This document shows, in pieces, positions 21,148 to 31,673 of a stretch of 32,000 nt of DNA. Source of the stretch: Candidatus Saccharimonadota bacterium. GTDB taxonomy: Bacteria; Pseudomonadota; Gammaproteobacteria; Enterobacterales; Enterobacteriaceae. The translations under genes and the position numbers were made by a program. How positions within the stretch are numbered: position 1 is the first letter of the stretch; every line of letters begins with the position of its first letter. The notes below the pieces were generated by a model. The model searched no databases, was not told where the DNA came from, and saw only the letters and a program-made list of their open reading frames with translations. The stretch lies in NCBI RefSeq assembly GCF_000973505.1, contig NZ_CP010048.1, positions 240,001 through 272,000 of the forward strand, in the 5' to 3' direction.

Positions 21148-23028
21148 TTATTTTAATAACCAAGTTTTTATTTGCGTAGAAATTCCTGTACTGTCTAATT
21201 GTAGATCGGATCGTATTTCTTTTTGTGAGCCTTGTTGGATAAAAGAATCGGGGAGCCCTATATTTAGGACAGGAATTAGTATTTTTTGTCGCATTAAAAA
21301 TTCGTTGACCCCACTTCCTGCACCTCCTAAAATAGAATTTTCTTCTAATGTAATGAATGCTTTATGGTTTTTGCTGAGCAAATGTAATAATTTTTCATCT
21401 AATGGTTTCACAAATCGCATGTCCACCAGTGTGGCATTGAGATTGTGCGCAGCTTTTTCAGCTTCTGGTAGTAAAGTACCAAAATTAAGAATAGCTACAT
21501 CTTGTCCGGGTCTGTAAATTACTCCTTTTCCTAGTGGTAAATTATATAGTTTATTATGATGATCATGATATATTGTAAAATTATTAATTTCTCCTCGAGG
21601 ATAGCGTACCACGCTTGGTCCGTATCGATAGTTATATCCTGTGTATAGCATTAATTTACATTCGTAATCATTACTTGGGGTCATAATCAACATATTTGGG
21701 ATACAACGAAGATAGGAGAGATCAAATGCACCTTGATGTGTTTGTCCATCAGCGCCTACGATTCCTCCCCGATCAACAGCGAAAAGTACTGGAAGATTTT
21801 GTATTGCTATATCATGGATTACTTGATCATAAGCGCGTTGTAAAAATGTTGAATATATAGCTACAATTGGTTTGTAGCCACTTATTGCTAACCCAGCAGC
21901 AAAAGTAACTGCATGTTGTTCGGCGATACCTACATCAAAATATTGATTGGGATATTTTTTTGAAAATTTTGTCATTCCAGAGCCTTCACTCATAGCAGGA
22001 GTAATGGCTATTAATTTTTTATCTTTGGATGCCATGTAACATAACCAGTTCCCGAATATTTCAGAATAGGTGGTTTTATTTTTTTGTTTTGGTAAGACTC
22101 CGATTATTGGATTAAATTTTGGTACAGCGTGCCAATTAGTAGGATCATTTTCAGCAGGATGATATCCATGTCCTTTTTTAGTTATAACATGTAAAATTTT
22201 TGGGCCTTTTAAGTTTTGTATTTTTTTTAAAATTCTTATTAATATAATAATATCATGTCCATTAATTGGACCTATATAATTAAATCCTAATTTTTCAAAT
22301 AATGAATTTGATGAAATTATATTTTTATTATTTTTTTCTTTGTATGTGTTTGTTTTATTGATTAAAGGTGTTAAATATGAAAGTATATTTTTGTTATTTG
22401 TATGTAAGTGTGCATAATATTTTTCTGATGAATTTTGTGTTAAATGATTACTTAATCCTCCTATATTTTTTGAAATTGACATTTTATTATCATTTAATAT
22501 AACTAGAATATCGTATTCAGTTCCTCCTGCGTGATTCATTGCTTCAAATGCCATTCCAGCTGTAATAGCTCCATCACCTATTACACATACTGTGTGTTGT
22601 TTTGACATATTTTTTTTTGCAGCTACAGCCATACCAAGTCCAGCACTAATTGAAGTTGATGAATGGCCCACCGATAGGGGGTCATAGCTACTTTCACTGC
22701 GACAAGGAAATGGATGAAGTCCATTTTTTTTTCTTATTTTAAATATTGAGTCTCGTCGGCCAGTAAGAATTTTATGGGGATACGCTTGATGTCCTACATC
22801 CCAAATTAGTAAATCAAATGGTGTATTGTATACATAATGTAATGCTATAGTAAGTTCTATTGTTCCTAGTCCAGAAGCCAGATGCCCGCTAGATTGACTA
22901 ACACTGTTTAACAAAAATTGACGTAATTCACATGATAATTTTAATAAATTTTTTTGAGAAAGTTGTCTTAGTTCTATAGGTGTTTCTATTGTGCTTAATA
23001 TTGGATATTTTTTTTTATTATAGTTCAT
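21148..23028 (-). CDS. dxs: 1-deoxy-D-xylulose-5-phosphate synthase
   Basis: From the ATG at 23028 ([15 protein letters not shown]...) the 626-aa product is collinear with E. coli Dxs ([75 protein letters not shown]). The 45 upstream codons on the ORF track have no counterpart. Confidence 0.96.
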   Translation of the reverse strand: MNYNKKKYPILSTIETPIELRQLSQKNLLKLSCELRQFLLNSVSQSSGHLASGLGTIELTIALHYVYNTPFDLLIWDVGHQAYPHKILTGRRDSIFKIRKKNGLHPFPCRSESSYDPLSVGHSSTSISAGLGMAVAAKKNMSKQHTVCVIGDGAITAGMAFEAMNHAGGTEYDILVILNDNKMSISKNIGGLSNHLTQNSSEKYYAHLHTNNKNILSYLTPLINKTNTYKEKNNKNIISSNSLFEKLGFNYIGPINGHDIIILIRILKKIQNLKGPKILHVITKKGHGYHPAENDPTNWHAVPKFNPIIGVLPKQKNKTTYSEIFGNWLCYMASKDKKLIAITPAMSEGSGMTKFSKKYPNQYFDVGIAEQHAVTFAAGLAISGYKPIVAIYSTFLQRAYDQVIHDIAIQNLPVLFAVDRGGIVGADGQTHQGAFDLSYLRCIPNMLIMTPSNDYECKLMLYTGYNYRYGPSVVRYPRGEINNFTIYHDHHNKLYNLPLGKGVIYRPGQDVAILNFGTLLPEAEKAAHNLNATLVDMRFVKPLDEKLLHLLSKNHKAFITLEENSILGGAGSGVNEFLMRQKILIPVLNIGLPDSFIQQGSQKEIRSDLQLDSTGISTQIKTWLLK

Positions 23029-23333
23029 GATTTTATGGTTAAATTTTATTGTCATACAATTAATTAATATTGTTGATATATTTAATGTTGTTATATTAAT
23101 TATAATAATTATATTACATTTTATATTAGTAATAGAATAATTTTCTGATGAATTTTGTAACATTAAAATATTATTTAAAATTTGATATTTAATTTTTTTT
23201 GTATATTTTTAATTATTTTTTTGTGTGAAAATATTGGTTATGGAGCATTGGTGATTTTAGATTATTTATTATATAGAACAGTTATATTATATGATATTTG
23301 ATATATTAGTGTTATTTAACGTGGTATTTAATT

Positions 23334-24797
23334 ATGAAGATTATTGTTAAGTTTTTTCCAGAAATCACTATTAAAAGTAAATCTGTGCGATGGTATTTTA
23401 TAAAAATTTTAAATAGTAATATTTGTAGGGTTTTAAAATTTTATGATTGTACTGCAGTAGTAAAATATTATTGGGATTATATTGAAATTGTGGTTAATGA
23501 AGAATATTCTATTATGAATATTGTTGAGATATTAATTTGCATTCCTGGCATTCATCATGTTTTATTAGTTCAAGAGTATTGTTTTAGATATGTGGATGAT
23601 ATTTTTAAAAAAGTTATGTCTTTGTATAGTGATACCTTAGTTGGCAAAAGTTTTTGTGTACGTGTAAAACGTTGTGGGCATCATAATTTCAGTTCTCAAG
23701 AACTTGAATGTTATTTAGGGGCTATGTTGTGTAAAAATATTAAAAGTTCTTTTGTTAAATTAGTAGATCCCGAAGAAGTAATTTCACTTGAAGTTAAATT
23801 AGATCGTTTTTTGTTATTGAAAAATCGTTATGTTGGATTAGGTGGTTTTCCAATTGGGAGTCAGGGGGCAGTATTATCTTTAATATCTGGTGGTTTTGAT
23901 TCGGGAATTGCTAGTTATATGTTGGTTCGTCGGGGCTGTAAAGTACATTATTGCTTTTTTAATATCGGCGGTGATTGTTATGAAAATAGAGTGCATGAAA
24001 TTGCTTATTTTTTGTGGAAAAGATTTGGATGTTCACATGTAGTGAAATTTATATCTATTGATTTTTCTTGCGTAATAGATGAAATTTTAAATAAAATAAA
24101 TAGTTCTTATATGGGTGTAGTATTGAAGCGGATGATGATACGCGCAGCAACGTTAGTTGCTAAAGGTTTAAATATATCAGCATTAGTTACTGGTGAGGTA
24201 TTAGGACAAGTATCTAGTCAGACGTTAATTAATCTAAATATAATCAATAGTGTTACAGATGTTATGATTTTTCGTCCGTTAATTTCGTTCAGCAAGGAAG
24301 ATATTATTGATATATCGAGAAAAATTGATATTGAGAAATTGATTATTAATGTTCCTGAGTATTGTGCATTATTTTCTAAAAAACCAAATGTTAAGGCATC
24401 TAATCGGCTTGTTGAGTTTGAAGAAAAAAAATTTAATTTTTCAATATTAACTACAGTTGTTAATCGAAGAAAAATAGTGAATATTACGAATTTTTTTTCA
24501 AAAAATAATTTAAAAATTGTTGATGATATAAAATTTGTAGATCAAGTGGATTCTTCATATATTGTTATAGATATCCGTTTGAAGGTAGATCAAAAGCGTC
24601 GTCCTTTGTGTTTGGGTGTAATTGAGGTTCAAAACATTCCTTTTTATAAACTATTTAATGTATTTTTTACTTTAGATCAAGATAGGGAATATTTATTGTA
24701 TTGTGAGAAGGCTATAATGAGTCGATCGCAAGCTTTATATTTGCGAAGTCATGGTTTTAATAACGTGCATGTTTATTTGCCTTCAAAAGATTCTTAA
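23334..24797 (+). CDS. thiI: tRNA 4-thiouridine synthase / thiazole sulfur carrier ThiI
   Basis: The 487-aa product begins MK-I-K-FPEITIKS-SVR and has FCVRVKR-G-H-FSS, the PP-loop LSLISGGFDSG, GQVSSQTL-NL, and a rhodanese domain with the Cys retained in LLYCEKAIMS. Confidence 0.95.
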   Translation: MKIIVKFFPEITIKSKSVRWYFIKILNSNICRVLKFYDCTAVVKYYWDYIEIVVNEEYSIMNIVEILICIPGIHHVLLVQEYCFRYVDDIFKKVMSLYSDTLVGKSFCVRVKRCGHHNFSSQELECYLGAMLCKNIKSSFVKLVDPEEVISLEVKLDRFLLLKNRYVGLGGFPIGSQGAVLSLISGGFDSGIASYMLVRRGCKVHYCFFNIGGDCYENRVHEIAYFLWKRFGCSHVVKFISIDFSCVIDEILNKINSSYMGVVLKRMMIRAATLVAKGLNISALVTGEVLGQVSSQTLINLNIINSVTDVMIFRPLISFSKEDIIDISRKIDIEKLIINVPEYCALFSKKPNVKASNRLVEFEEKKFNFSILTTVVNRRKIVNITNFFSKNNLKIVDDIKFVDQVDSSYIVIDIRLKVDQKRRPLCLGVIEVQNIPFYKLFNVFFTLDQDREYLLYCEKAIMSRSQALYLRSHGFNNVHVYLPSKDS

Positions 24798-24966
24798 TTA
24801 AAAAATTAAGAATAATTTGTATGGAGCATGTTTTGATTGAAATTGAAGTTAGTTGTTTGTGTTGAAAATATTTCATAAACATATTTTAAAATAGGATTAT
24901 GTTTTTTAAAATTGTTGATTTTATTATTTTATAAAGTGGAATGAATAGAGTGTTTTAGTATATTTT

Positions 24967-26154
24967 TTAGTTGAGTTTTGTATGAGTTGGTTCTTTTAAT
25001 GAATAAATTATTATTAACCATATCATTGTTACTATTATTTCGAGAGAAAATATTATTTGTATATCATATATATTTAATAAATATCCTCCTAATATTCCAC
25101 CACATGTTGTGCCTAAAAATTGGCTAGTGGCATAAAATCCATTGATTGTTCCTTTGTGTGTGTTTGGTGTTTCTTTATTAAGAATTGATGGTAAGATTCC
25201 TTCAATTATATTGAAAGCAATGAAAAAGAGTAAAATACTAAAAAATAAAAAATAAAAATTGCTGTTGATATATAATAAAATTATTTCAGATAGAAATAAC
25301 ACATATATAGCTGTGATTAGTGTTTTTTTCATTTTTTTTGTTTTTTCAGCATATAAGATTGTTATTGCGCTGACAATAAGGGCAATTAAAATATTTATAC
25401 AATATATTTTTGATTGTTCTATAGGTAGCAGTTTTAATACGTTCATAATTTGCGGTAAAGTCATAAAATTTAATATTAGAATGGTATGTAAGAAAAAAAT
25501 ACTGCAGTCTAGTTTAATTAATTGGGGTTGAGTTGAGATTTTTATAAATTTTGAATTTATTGTGATATATTGATGATTGCTATTTTTTATATTTTGTTGT
25601 GATAAGGATGGAATGAAAAATATAATTAATACTATTCCTAGTAATGTTAATAATGTAATTGTTAAAAATAGTCCTTGTAGTCCGATGCTATTTGTAATGA
25701 TTGGTCCTAGTATGATAGATATTGCAAATGTAATAGCAAAATTTAATCCAAAAAACATCATGGCTTTGGTTTTATTTTTATTTTGAATTAGATCTGATAA
25801 CAATGCTAGTATTGTCGCGCTGATAGCACTTACCCCTTGTAAAGCGCGTCCTAAAATTAGCCCCCAGATATTTTCTATTATAGCGGCTATACAGGTTCCC
25901 ATAGAAGAGATTAATAACCCTGTTATAATTACAGGTTTTCTTCCGATTTTATCGGATGCGAATCCGAAAGGAATTTGAAAAATAATTTGTGTTAATCCAT
26001 AAATTCCAATAGCTATACCGATTAATAATTCGCTTGATCCTGTTAATTTCATACCGTATGTACTGATTACTGGTAATGTCATAAATATTCCCAGCATACG
26101 TAGTGAAAATATTATATTCAATATAAACACAATATATATTTCTTTATAGGTCAT
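24967..26154 (-). CDS. yajR: MFS transporter YajR, lacking the C-terminal cytosolic domain
   Basis: FSLRMLG-FM-LPV--TYGM, LIGIAIGIYGLTQ--FQIPFG--SD-IGRKP, GRALQG and LLSDL----N-TKAM are collinear with E. coli YajR up to KEP. It then stops at 395 aa against 454 aa. It sits next to cyoE as in E. coli. Confidence 0.88.
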   Translation of the reverse strand: MTYKEIYIVFILNIIFSLRMLGIFMTLPVISTYGMKLTGSSELLIGIAIGIYGLTQIIFQIPFGFASDKIGRKPVIITGLLISSMGTCIAAIIENIWGLILGRALQGVSAISATILALLSDLIQNKNKTKAMMFFGLNFAITFAISIILGPIITNSIGLQGLFLTITLLTLLGIVLIIFFIPSLSQQNIKNSNHQYITINSKFIKISTQPQLIKLDCSIFFLHTILILNFMTLPQIMNVLKLLPIEQSKIYCINILIALIVSAITILYAEKTKKMKKTLITAIYVLFLSEIILLYINSNFYFLFFSILLFFIAFNIIEGILPSILNKETPNTHKGTINGFYATSQFLGTTCGGILGGYLLNIYDIQIIFSLEIIVTMIWLIIIYSLKEPTHTKLN

Positions 26155-26319
26155 GTTTTTTTATTGTTATTTAATTTGTATAGTTTATGTTGTGGTCGGT
26201 ATTATTGTTTTTGTTAATTATGTTGAATGTTGTTTATATATACAGTTTATGTGCACTTTTTAAGATCGATATTGTAAATTATCATTTAATGTATAGTATG
26301 TATTTTTATAATAATAAAA

Positions 26320-27201
26320 TTATGTCTGTTGTAATATTGTGGTATCTATAACGATACCCACGTTGAAAAGTATTATAATTATGATAGACATGGCAAAAAT
26401 TTTATTTGCCCAGTTTGTTACATAATGGTTATTATTTTTTGTTTTACTATCTCCTAAAAACGTTACATATAGCCAAATTCCGCTTATTACTTCCATTCCT
26501 AATAGGAAAATATAGCTCATGTACTGATTGAATGTAAGTATTATGATATTGATCATAAATGTAGTGATATAAAATATCATATGGCGTTTTGTAGATTTGA
26601 TACCTTTTTTTAATGGAAAAATGGGAATGGATGCTGTTTTGTAATCTTTTATTCTAGATATAGCAAGGCTATAAAAGTGTGGTATTTGCCATGAAATGAG
26701 TATTATCGATAAGATTAATGCTCCTACATCAATATTATTAGTTACTGCACAGTAACCAATAACTGGTGGGGTTGCACCAGCTATGCTGCCAATTAATGTG
26801 CTATGCATGGATTGTTTTTTTGTTAAAAGACTATACATTCCGACATATATAATAGAGCTGATTATGGTTAAGTAGATAACTTTTAAATTTGTTGTGTAGA
26901 ATAATATGATATATCCCACAATAAGTAGAATGATGGCATATATACCAGCATTTTGTAATGTTATTAATTTTTTTGCTAAGGTTCTGTGTTTTGTTCTTTC
27001 CATAAGTGCGTCAATATTACGATCAATTATATTATTTATTACGCAATTAGAAGCTATTATTAATGAAACACCAATAATTGTATTAGTAAGTAAATTATAG
27101 TTAATGGATTCTTTTGATGCCATAAAAAATCCTCCTATAATAGACAGAATATTTCCAAATATTATTTTTGGTTTTATGATTGTTATATAATGAATAATCA
27201 T
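26320..27201 (-). CDS. cyoE: protoheme IX farnesyltransferase (heme O synthase)
   Basis: KP-IIFGN--S-IGGF--AS, D-MERTK-R and GA-PPVIGYCAVT are present, with WQ-PH in a diverged form (WQIPHFYS). It is the last gene of the cyo operon. Confidence 0.94.
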   Translation of the reverse strand: MIIHYITIIKPKIIFGNILSIIGGFFMASKESINYNLLTNTIIGVSLIIASNCVINNIIDRNIDALMERTKHRTLAKKLITLQNAGIYAIILLIVGYIILFYTTNLKVIYLTIISSIIYVGMYSLLTKKQSMHSTLIGSIAGATPPVIGYCAVTNNIDVGALILSIILISWQIPHFYSLAISRIKDYKTASIPIFPLKKGIKSTKRHMIFYITTFMINIIILTFNQYMSYIFLLGMEVISGIWLYVTFLGDSKTKNNNHYVTNWANKIFAMSIIIIILFNVGIVIDTTILQQT

Positions 27202-27211
27202 TAGTTATTTT

Positions 27212-27535
27212 TTAATTATGATGTATAACATAATGGTGAAGATGTTTCATAATCCATATTGATCCGAAAATAAGGATTAAAATAATGAGTGTTGTAAATA
27301 TTAAAGTTACAGTATTCCAAATTGTCTTGGGTGAATTATCAATATGTAAAAAACAAACAAGGTGAATAACAATTTGTAGTATTGCACAAGTTGTCAAAAT
27401 AATGATTAAAATATTTTTGTCGATAGTAAAAGTATTAATTACTAAAATAAACGGAATAATAGTTAAAATTACAGATGTAAAAAATCCTAATATATAATTT
27501 TTATATGTGTTGTGTGTTATTTTATTGTTTGTCAT
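27212..27535 (-). CDS. cyoD: cytochrome bo3 ubiquinol oxidase subunit IV
   Basis: From the ATG at 27535 the 107-aa product has Y--GF--S-ILT-IPF and Q--VHLVCFLH. Its start overlaps the cyoC stop as ATGA. The ORF-track start at 27577 is an over-extension. Confidence 0.9.
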   Translation of the reverse strand: MTNNKITHNTYKNYILGFFTSVILTIIPFILVINTFTIDKNILIIILTTCAILQIVIHLVCFLHIDNSPKTIWNTVTLIFTTLIILILIFGSIWIMKHLHHYVIHHN

Positions 27536-28098
27536 ATCATTCCAAATAAATAAACGAAAGTAAATACGCAAATCCATATTATATCAAGAAAATGCCAAAA
27601 TATGCTTAAACATTGCAAGCGAATTTTATTATCGATAGTTACACCGAATTGATAAATATGTATCATCATTATTATTATCCAAATTAGACCAGAAAGTACA
27701 TGTAAGGCATGTGTTCCTAATAATGTAAATAACGATGAAAGAAATCCGCTTCTCCACGGCCCATAGTTTTTACCAATTAAATGGTAAAATTCGTGTATTT
27801 CCATGATGCAAAAACAACAACCGAATAAAAATGTTATAATCATCCAAATGTTAATCATTTTTTTATTATTTGTATTTGTGGCGATTGATACCATAGTATA
27901 TGTGATACTACTGATTAGTAAAAGTAATGTTTCTATAAAAACAAAGGGGAGATTAAAAATATCTTTTCCTGATGGGCCATCGGCAATGTTATTTTTTAAA
28001 ATAATATATACTGCAAATAGTGTTGCAAATAATATCGAATCACTCATTATGTACAGCCAAAATCCAAATTTTTTGATATTTGATAAATTATTGTTCAT
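27532..28098 (-). CDS. cyoC: cytochrome bo3 ubiquinol oxidase subunit III
   Basis: FGFW-Y-MSD-ILF, GP-GKDIF-LPFV--ET-LLL-SS-TY, GTH-LHV-SGLIW and SLFWHFLD--WI-VFT-VYL-G match E. coli CyoC. Confidence 0.95.
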   Translation of the reverse strand: MNNNLSNIKKFGFWLYIMSDSILFATLFAVYIILKNNIADGPSGKDIFNLPFVFIETLLLLISSITYTMVSIATNTNNKKMINIWMIITFLFGCCFCIMEIHEFYHLIGKNYGPWRSGFLSSLFTLLGTHALHVLSGLIWIIIMMIHIYQFGVTIDNKIRLQCLSIFWHFLDIIWICVFTFVYLFGMI

Positions 28099-28138
28099 AG
28101 ATGGTATTTTATGGTGATTAAAGGTTTGTAATTACCGT

Positions 28139-30115
28139 TCATTCGTGTAATTTAATACATAAAATATTTTTTTCTATTTTTTGTATTTCTTTTGTTGAGA
28201 GATGAAAAGTTTTGGTCTGTGAAAAAGTATATATTATGTATGTTGTGATAGCAAAAAATAGACTAAAAATAGCCAGCCACCAGATATTCCAAATCATAGA
28301 AAATCCAAATATCAAACTAAAAATACTAATAATAATGCCCGCGTTGGTGTTTTTTGGCATATGTATAGGTTGATATATATTTGTTTTATAAAGTGTTTGT
28401 TTATTATTTTTTATATACCAAAAACTATCTATAGTATTATGGGCTTGAGGTATAATTGGAAAATTATACAATGGGGGTGGTGAAGGTGTCGACCATTCTA
28501 ATGTGCGTCCATTCCAAGGATCTCCAGTGGTATCTTTATTTTTATCATAATGATAAATACTGATTATTATTTGAATAATTTGTGACACAATTCCTAAAGC
28601 AATGATTATTACACCTCCAGCAGCAACAGTTAATAATTCGTGAAATGAATGATCTATATTTTGATTTAATCTTCGTGTCATACCCATAAATCCTAATATA
28701 TACAGCGGCATAAATGATATATAAAATCCGGTAATCCATAGCCAATAAGCAAATTTTCCCCATTTTTCATTCAAGCAACAACCAAATGCTTTTGGAAACC
28801 AGTACGTTAATCCAGCAAAACATCCAAATATTACTCCACCGATAATAACATTATGAAAATGAGCAATTAAAAACAAACTATTGTGTAATACAAAATCAAT
28901 ACCAGGAATGGCTAATAATACCCCGGTCATTCCTCCAATGGAAAATGTAATAATAAATCCTACAGTCCATAACATCGCTGAATTAAAGGTAATTTGTCCT
29001 TTATACATAGTAAAGATCCAGTTAAAAACTTTTACCCCTGTTGGGATTGCAATAATCATTGTCATAATACCAAAAAACGCGTTAACATTCGCACCTGATC
29101 CCATGGTGAAAAAATGGTGTAACCAAACGCAGAAAGATAAAAAAGTAATAGCAATTGTAGCCCATACTAATGAAGTATATCCAAAAATTTGTTTTTTTGA
29201 AAAAGTGGCGACAATTTCTGAGAAAATACCGAAAGCTGGTAAAACTAAAATATATACTTCTGGATGTCCCCAAGCCCAGAAGAGGTTAATATATAACATC
29301 ATGTTTCCACCAAGATCGTTTGTGAAAAAATGGGTGCCTATATATCTGTCTAAGGTAAGCAATAGTATAGTAGCAGTTAAGATTGGAAATGCAGCAAGAA
29401 TTAGTGTATTAGTACACAGAGCTGTCCATGTAAAAACAGGCATTTTCATCATTGGCATGTCTTGAGTACGCATATATAAAATGGTAGTAAAAAAATTTAT
29501 TCCGGTTAAAGTAGTACCAATACCTGAAATTTGTATACTCCAAATCCAATAATCTACACCCACACCCGGACTATATGTTTTATGGGATAATGGTGGATAA
29601 GCCGCCCATCCTGTTTGCGCGAATTCTCCAATACCTAAAGATAGGTTAATTAGGATGACTCCTACCATAAAAAGCCAAAAGCTTAGGGAATTTAAAAATG
29701 GAAAAGCAACATCCCGTGCGCCAATTTGTAATGGTACAATTAGGTTCATCAAACCGATTATAAATGGGGTGGCCATAAAAATAATCATAATTACACCATG
29801 TGCTGTGACTATTTGATCATAATGATGGGGGGTAAGAAAACCTATATGTCCTGAAGAGGATATTGCCTGATGTGCCCGCATCATGATAGCGTCAGCAAAT
29901 CCTCTAACAAACATTAATGATGCTATTATGATATACATAATTCCAATTTTTTTATGATCTACAGAAGTAAACCATTCAGTCCAGAGATATTTCCATTTTT
30001 TATAATATGTGATGGTAGACATTAGTATTATACTTAATATAGTAAGAACTAATATTGTAATCATAACTATTGGTTCATTATATGGAATATTATTAGAGGT
30101 TAATTTTCCAAACAT
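28139..30115 (-). CDS. cyoB: cytochrome bo3 ubiquinol oxidase subunit I
   Basis: The 658-aa product begins MFGKL and shows long identity runs with E. coli CyoB ([90 protein letters not shown]). Confidence 0.98.
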   Translation of the reverse strand: MFGKLTSNNIPYNEPIVMITILVLTILSIILMSTITYYKKWKYLWTEWFTSVDHKKIGIMYIIIASLMFVRGFADAIMMRAHQAISSSGHIGFLTPHHYDQIVTAHGVIMIIFMATPFIIGLMNLIVPLQIGARDVAFPFLNSLSFWLFMVGVILINLSLGIGEFAQTGWAAYPPLSHKTYSPGVGVDYWIWSIQISGIGTTLTGINFFTTILYMRTQDMPMMKMPVFTWTALCTNTLILAAFPILTATILLLTLDRYIGTHFFTNDLGGNMMLYINLFWAWGHPEVYILVLPAFGIFSEIVATFSKKQIFGYTSLVWATIAITFLSFCVWLHHFFTMGSGANVNAFFGIMTMIIAIPTGVKVFNWIFTMYKGQITFNSAMLWTVGFIITFSIGGMTGVLLAIPGIDFVLHNSLFLIAHFHNVIIGGVIFGCFAGLTYWFPKAFGCCLNEKWGKFAYWLWITGFYISFMPLYILGFMGMTRRLNQNIDHSFHELLTVAAGGVIIIALGIVSQIIQIIISIYHYDKNKDTTGDPWNGRTLEWSTPSPPPLYNFPIIPQAHNTIDSFWYIKNNKQTLYKTNIYQPIHMPKNTNAGIIISIFSLIFGFSMIWNIWWLAIFSLFFAITTYIIYTFSQTKTFHLSTKEIQKIEKNILCIKLHE

Positions 30116-30355
30116 TTTTTTTCCTTGAATTATTTAATAATTTTAAGATAGCATAATATTGTTTATACAGATTGTATTTTGTTATAATGAATTGTATTGT
30201 TTGTTATATATCATTATATATCATAATGATACTTATATATTATATAATAGATAAATAATAGGGAGGTATATTATTTATTTTTTTGGGGTTTCTGAAGTGT
30301 GATTAATCTATTCTTTTTATATTTTATCACGGGTTATAGTTATAATAATATTAAA

Positions 30356-31234
30356 TTATGTAGAATGAGCAAATTTATTGATAACATCATTAAATAGATT
30401 GACTTTAACTTCGGAAAAATATTCTACTGGATGATTTTCTGTCGGGCGTGCTAGTTTTTCATAGAATTCCATATTATTGAGTTTTTTGTGTGATAAATGA
30501 ATCATTTGTACCCATTCTTTAAATTCTTCTATATTTTTTGTAGCAATTGCATTGAATTTCATTCCAGAAAATCCATATCCGCTAAAATTTGAAGATATTC
30601 CTTTATAAATTCCAGGTTGATTGGCAATTAAATGTAATATTGTATGCATGCCTGCCATAGCGTAGATTTGGCTGCCTAATTGTGGAATAAAAAATGCATT
30701 CATGACTGAATTAGAAGTAATATTGAATTGTAATGGTGTATTTATTGGAAAAACTATTTCATTAATTGTTGCGATATTTTCTTTTGGGTAAATAAATAAC
30801 CATTTCCAATCAAGTGCAATGACTTGGATGGTAATTGGATCTAGAGTGGATGTAATTTTTTTTTGCGGATCTAATGTGTGTGTAGATTTCCATGTTAACG
30901 TTGCTAAAATAGTGATGATAATAATTGGTATGCTCCAAATGGTTATTTCAATTTTATGATTGTTAGTCCAATTAGGGTTGTAGTTATTGTGAGTATTAGA
31001 TGATCTGTATTTAACAGCAAAAATGATTGTCATAGTAATAGCCGGTATGACTACGATAAGCATTAATGTCAAGGCAATTAATATTAACGAACGTTCTTGT
31101 AATCCCACATTTCCTTTTGGATGCATTAGTATGATGTTGTTACATCCTGTTAGTAAAGTGTTTATTACAAAATAAAATATTATTATTGATACTGTTTTTA
31201 GTAACCTGATACAGGGTGTGAAATGATGTTTCAT
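30356..31234 (-). CDS. cyoA: cytochrome bo3 ubiquinol oxidase subunit II (lipoprotein)
   Basis: From the ATG at 31234 the product has the lipobox LLTGC, then [52 protein letters not shown] and GMKF-AIAT. It ends at AHST, lacking the roughly 30-aa His/Met-rich tail of E. coli CyoA. The ORF-track start at 31321 is an over-extension. Confidence 0.94.
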   Translation of the reverse strand: [292 protein letters not shown]

Positions 31235-31673
31235 GATAACAATCTCAAATTTAATTTTGGATAATGTAAAGTTTTTATTATTTTTTAATATAGAGTAATA
31301 AAGGTTATGTAATATTTTCATTTTAACATATAGTGATCATTGCATCATTATTTCAATAATACAGTACGATTTTATTATATTAAAATTAATGTTGTAATTT
31401 ATTTTTGTTATTGATGAATTTTGAACAGTTTTGTTTTTAGTGTGCATTTATTCTAATAATATAGGATACTTGATATCTATAATTTATAAAATCATTAGTA
31501 ATAATAATATTTTATGTGTTTGAAAAATAATTTTTAATTAGATATCATTGCGAAAGTATGCATGGGTGTATTTAATGTTAAGGTAATTTTTATATTTATT
31601 ATTTGAATTATTTAAAAAATTATAAATTTTGAGATATTTAATATCATAATATTTTTTATGGGAAAATTATAAA

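Noticed and set aside
21098-21517. A 139-aa ORF on the + strand at the 3' end of dxs.
   Set aside because: It is antisense to the well-conserved C-terminal domain of Dxs and has no independent signals. It is a shadow ORF.
24791-24812. A 9-bp perfect hairpin, TTCTTAATT-AAAA-AATTAAGAA, spanning the thiI stop codon, considered as an intrinsic terminator.
   Set aside because: The stem has a single G-C pair and is not followed by a T-tract. Such A/T palindromes are frequent here. A similar weak case is GCAT-N5-ATGC plus T6 on the minus strand at about 12934-12956, downstream of gloB.
28881-29465. A 194-aa ORF on the + strand, unusually long for an AT-rich genome. Two further ORFs lie in the same area (28545-28763 and 29082-29273, both on the - strand).
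   Set aside because: All lie entirely inside cyoB, whose reading frame is supported by near-complete identity to E. coli CyoB. The 194-aa ORF is antisense to cyoB, starts at TTG with no Shine-Dalgarno sequence, and has a low-complexity composition with no recognisable motif. The two minus-strand ORFs are simply alternative frames of cyoB. All are shadow ORFs of a codon-biased membrane-protein gene.
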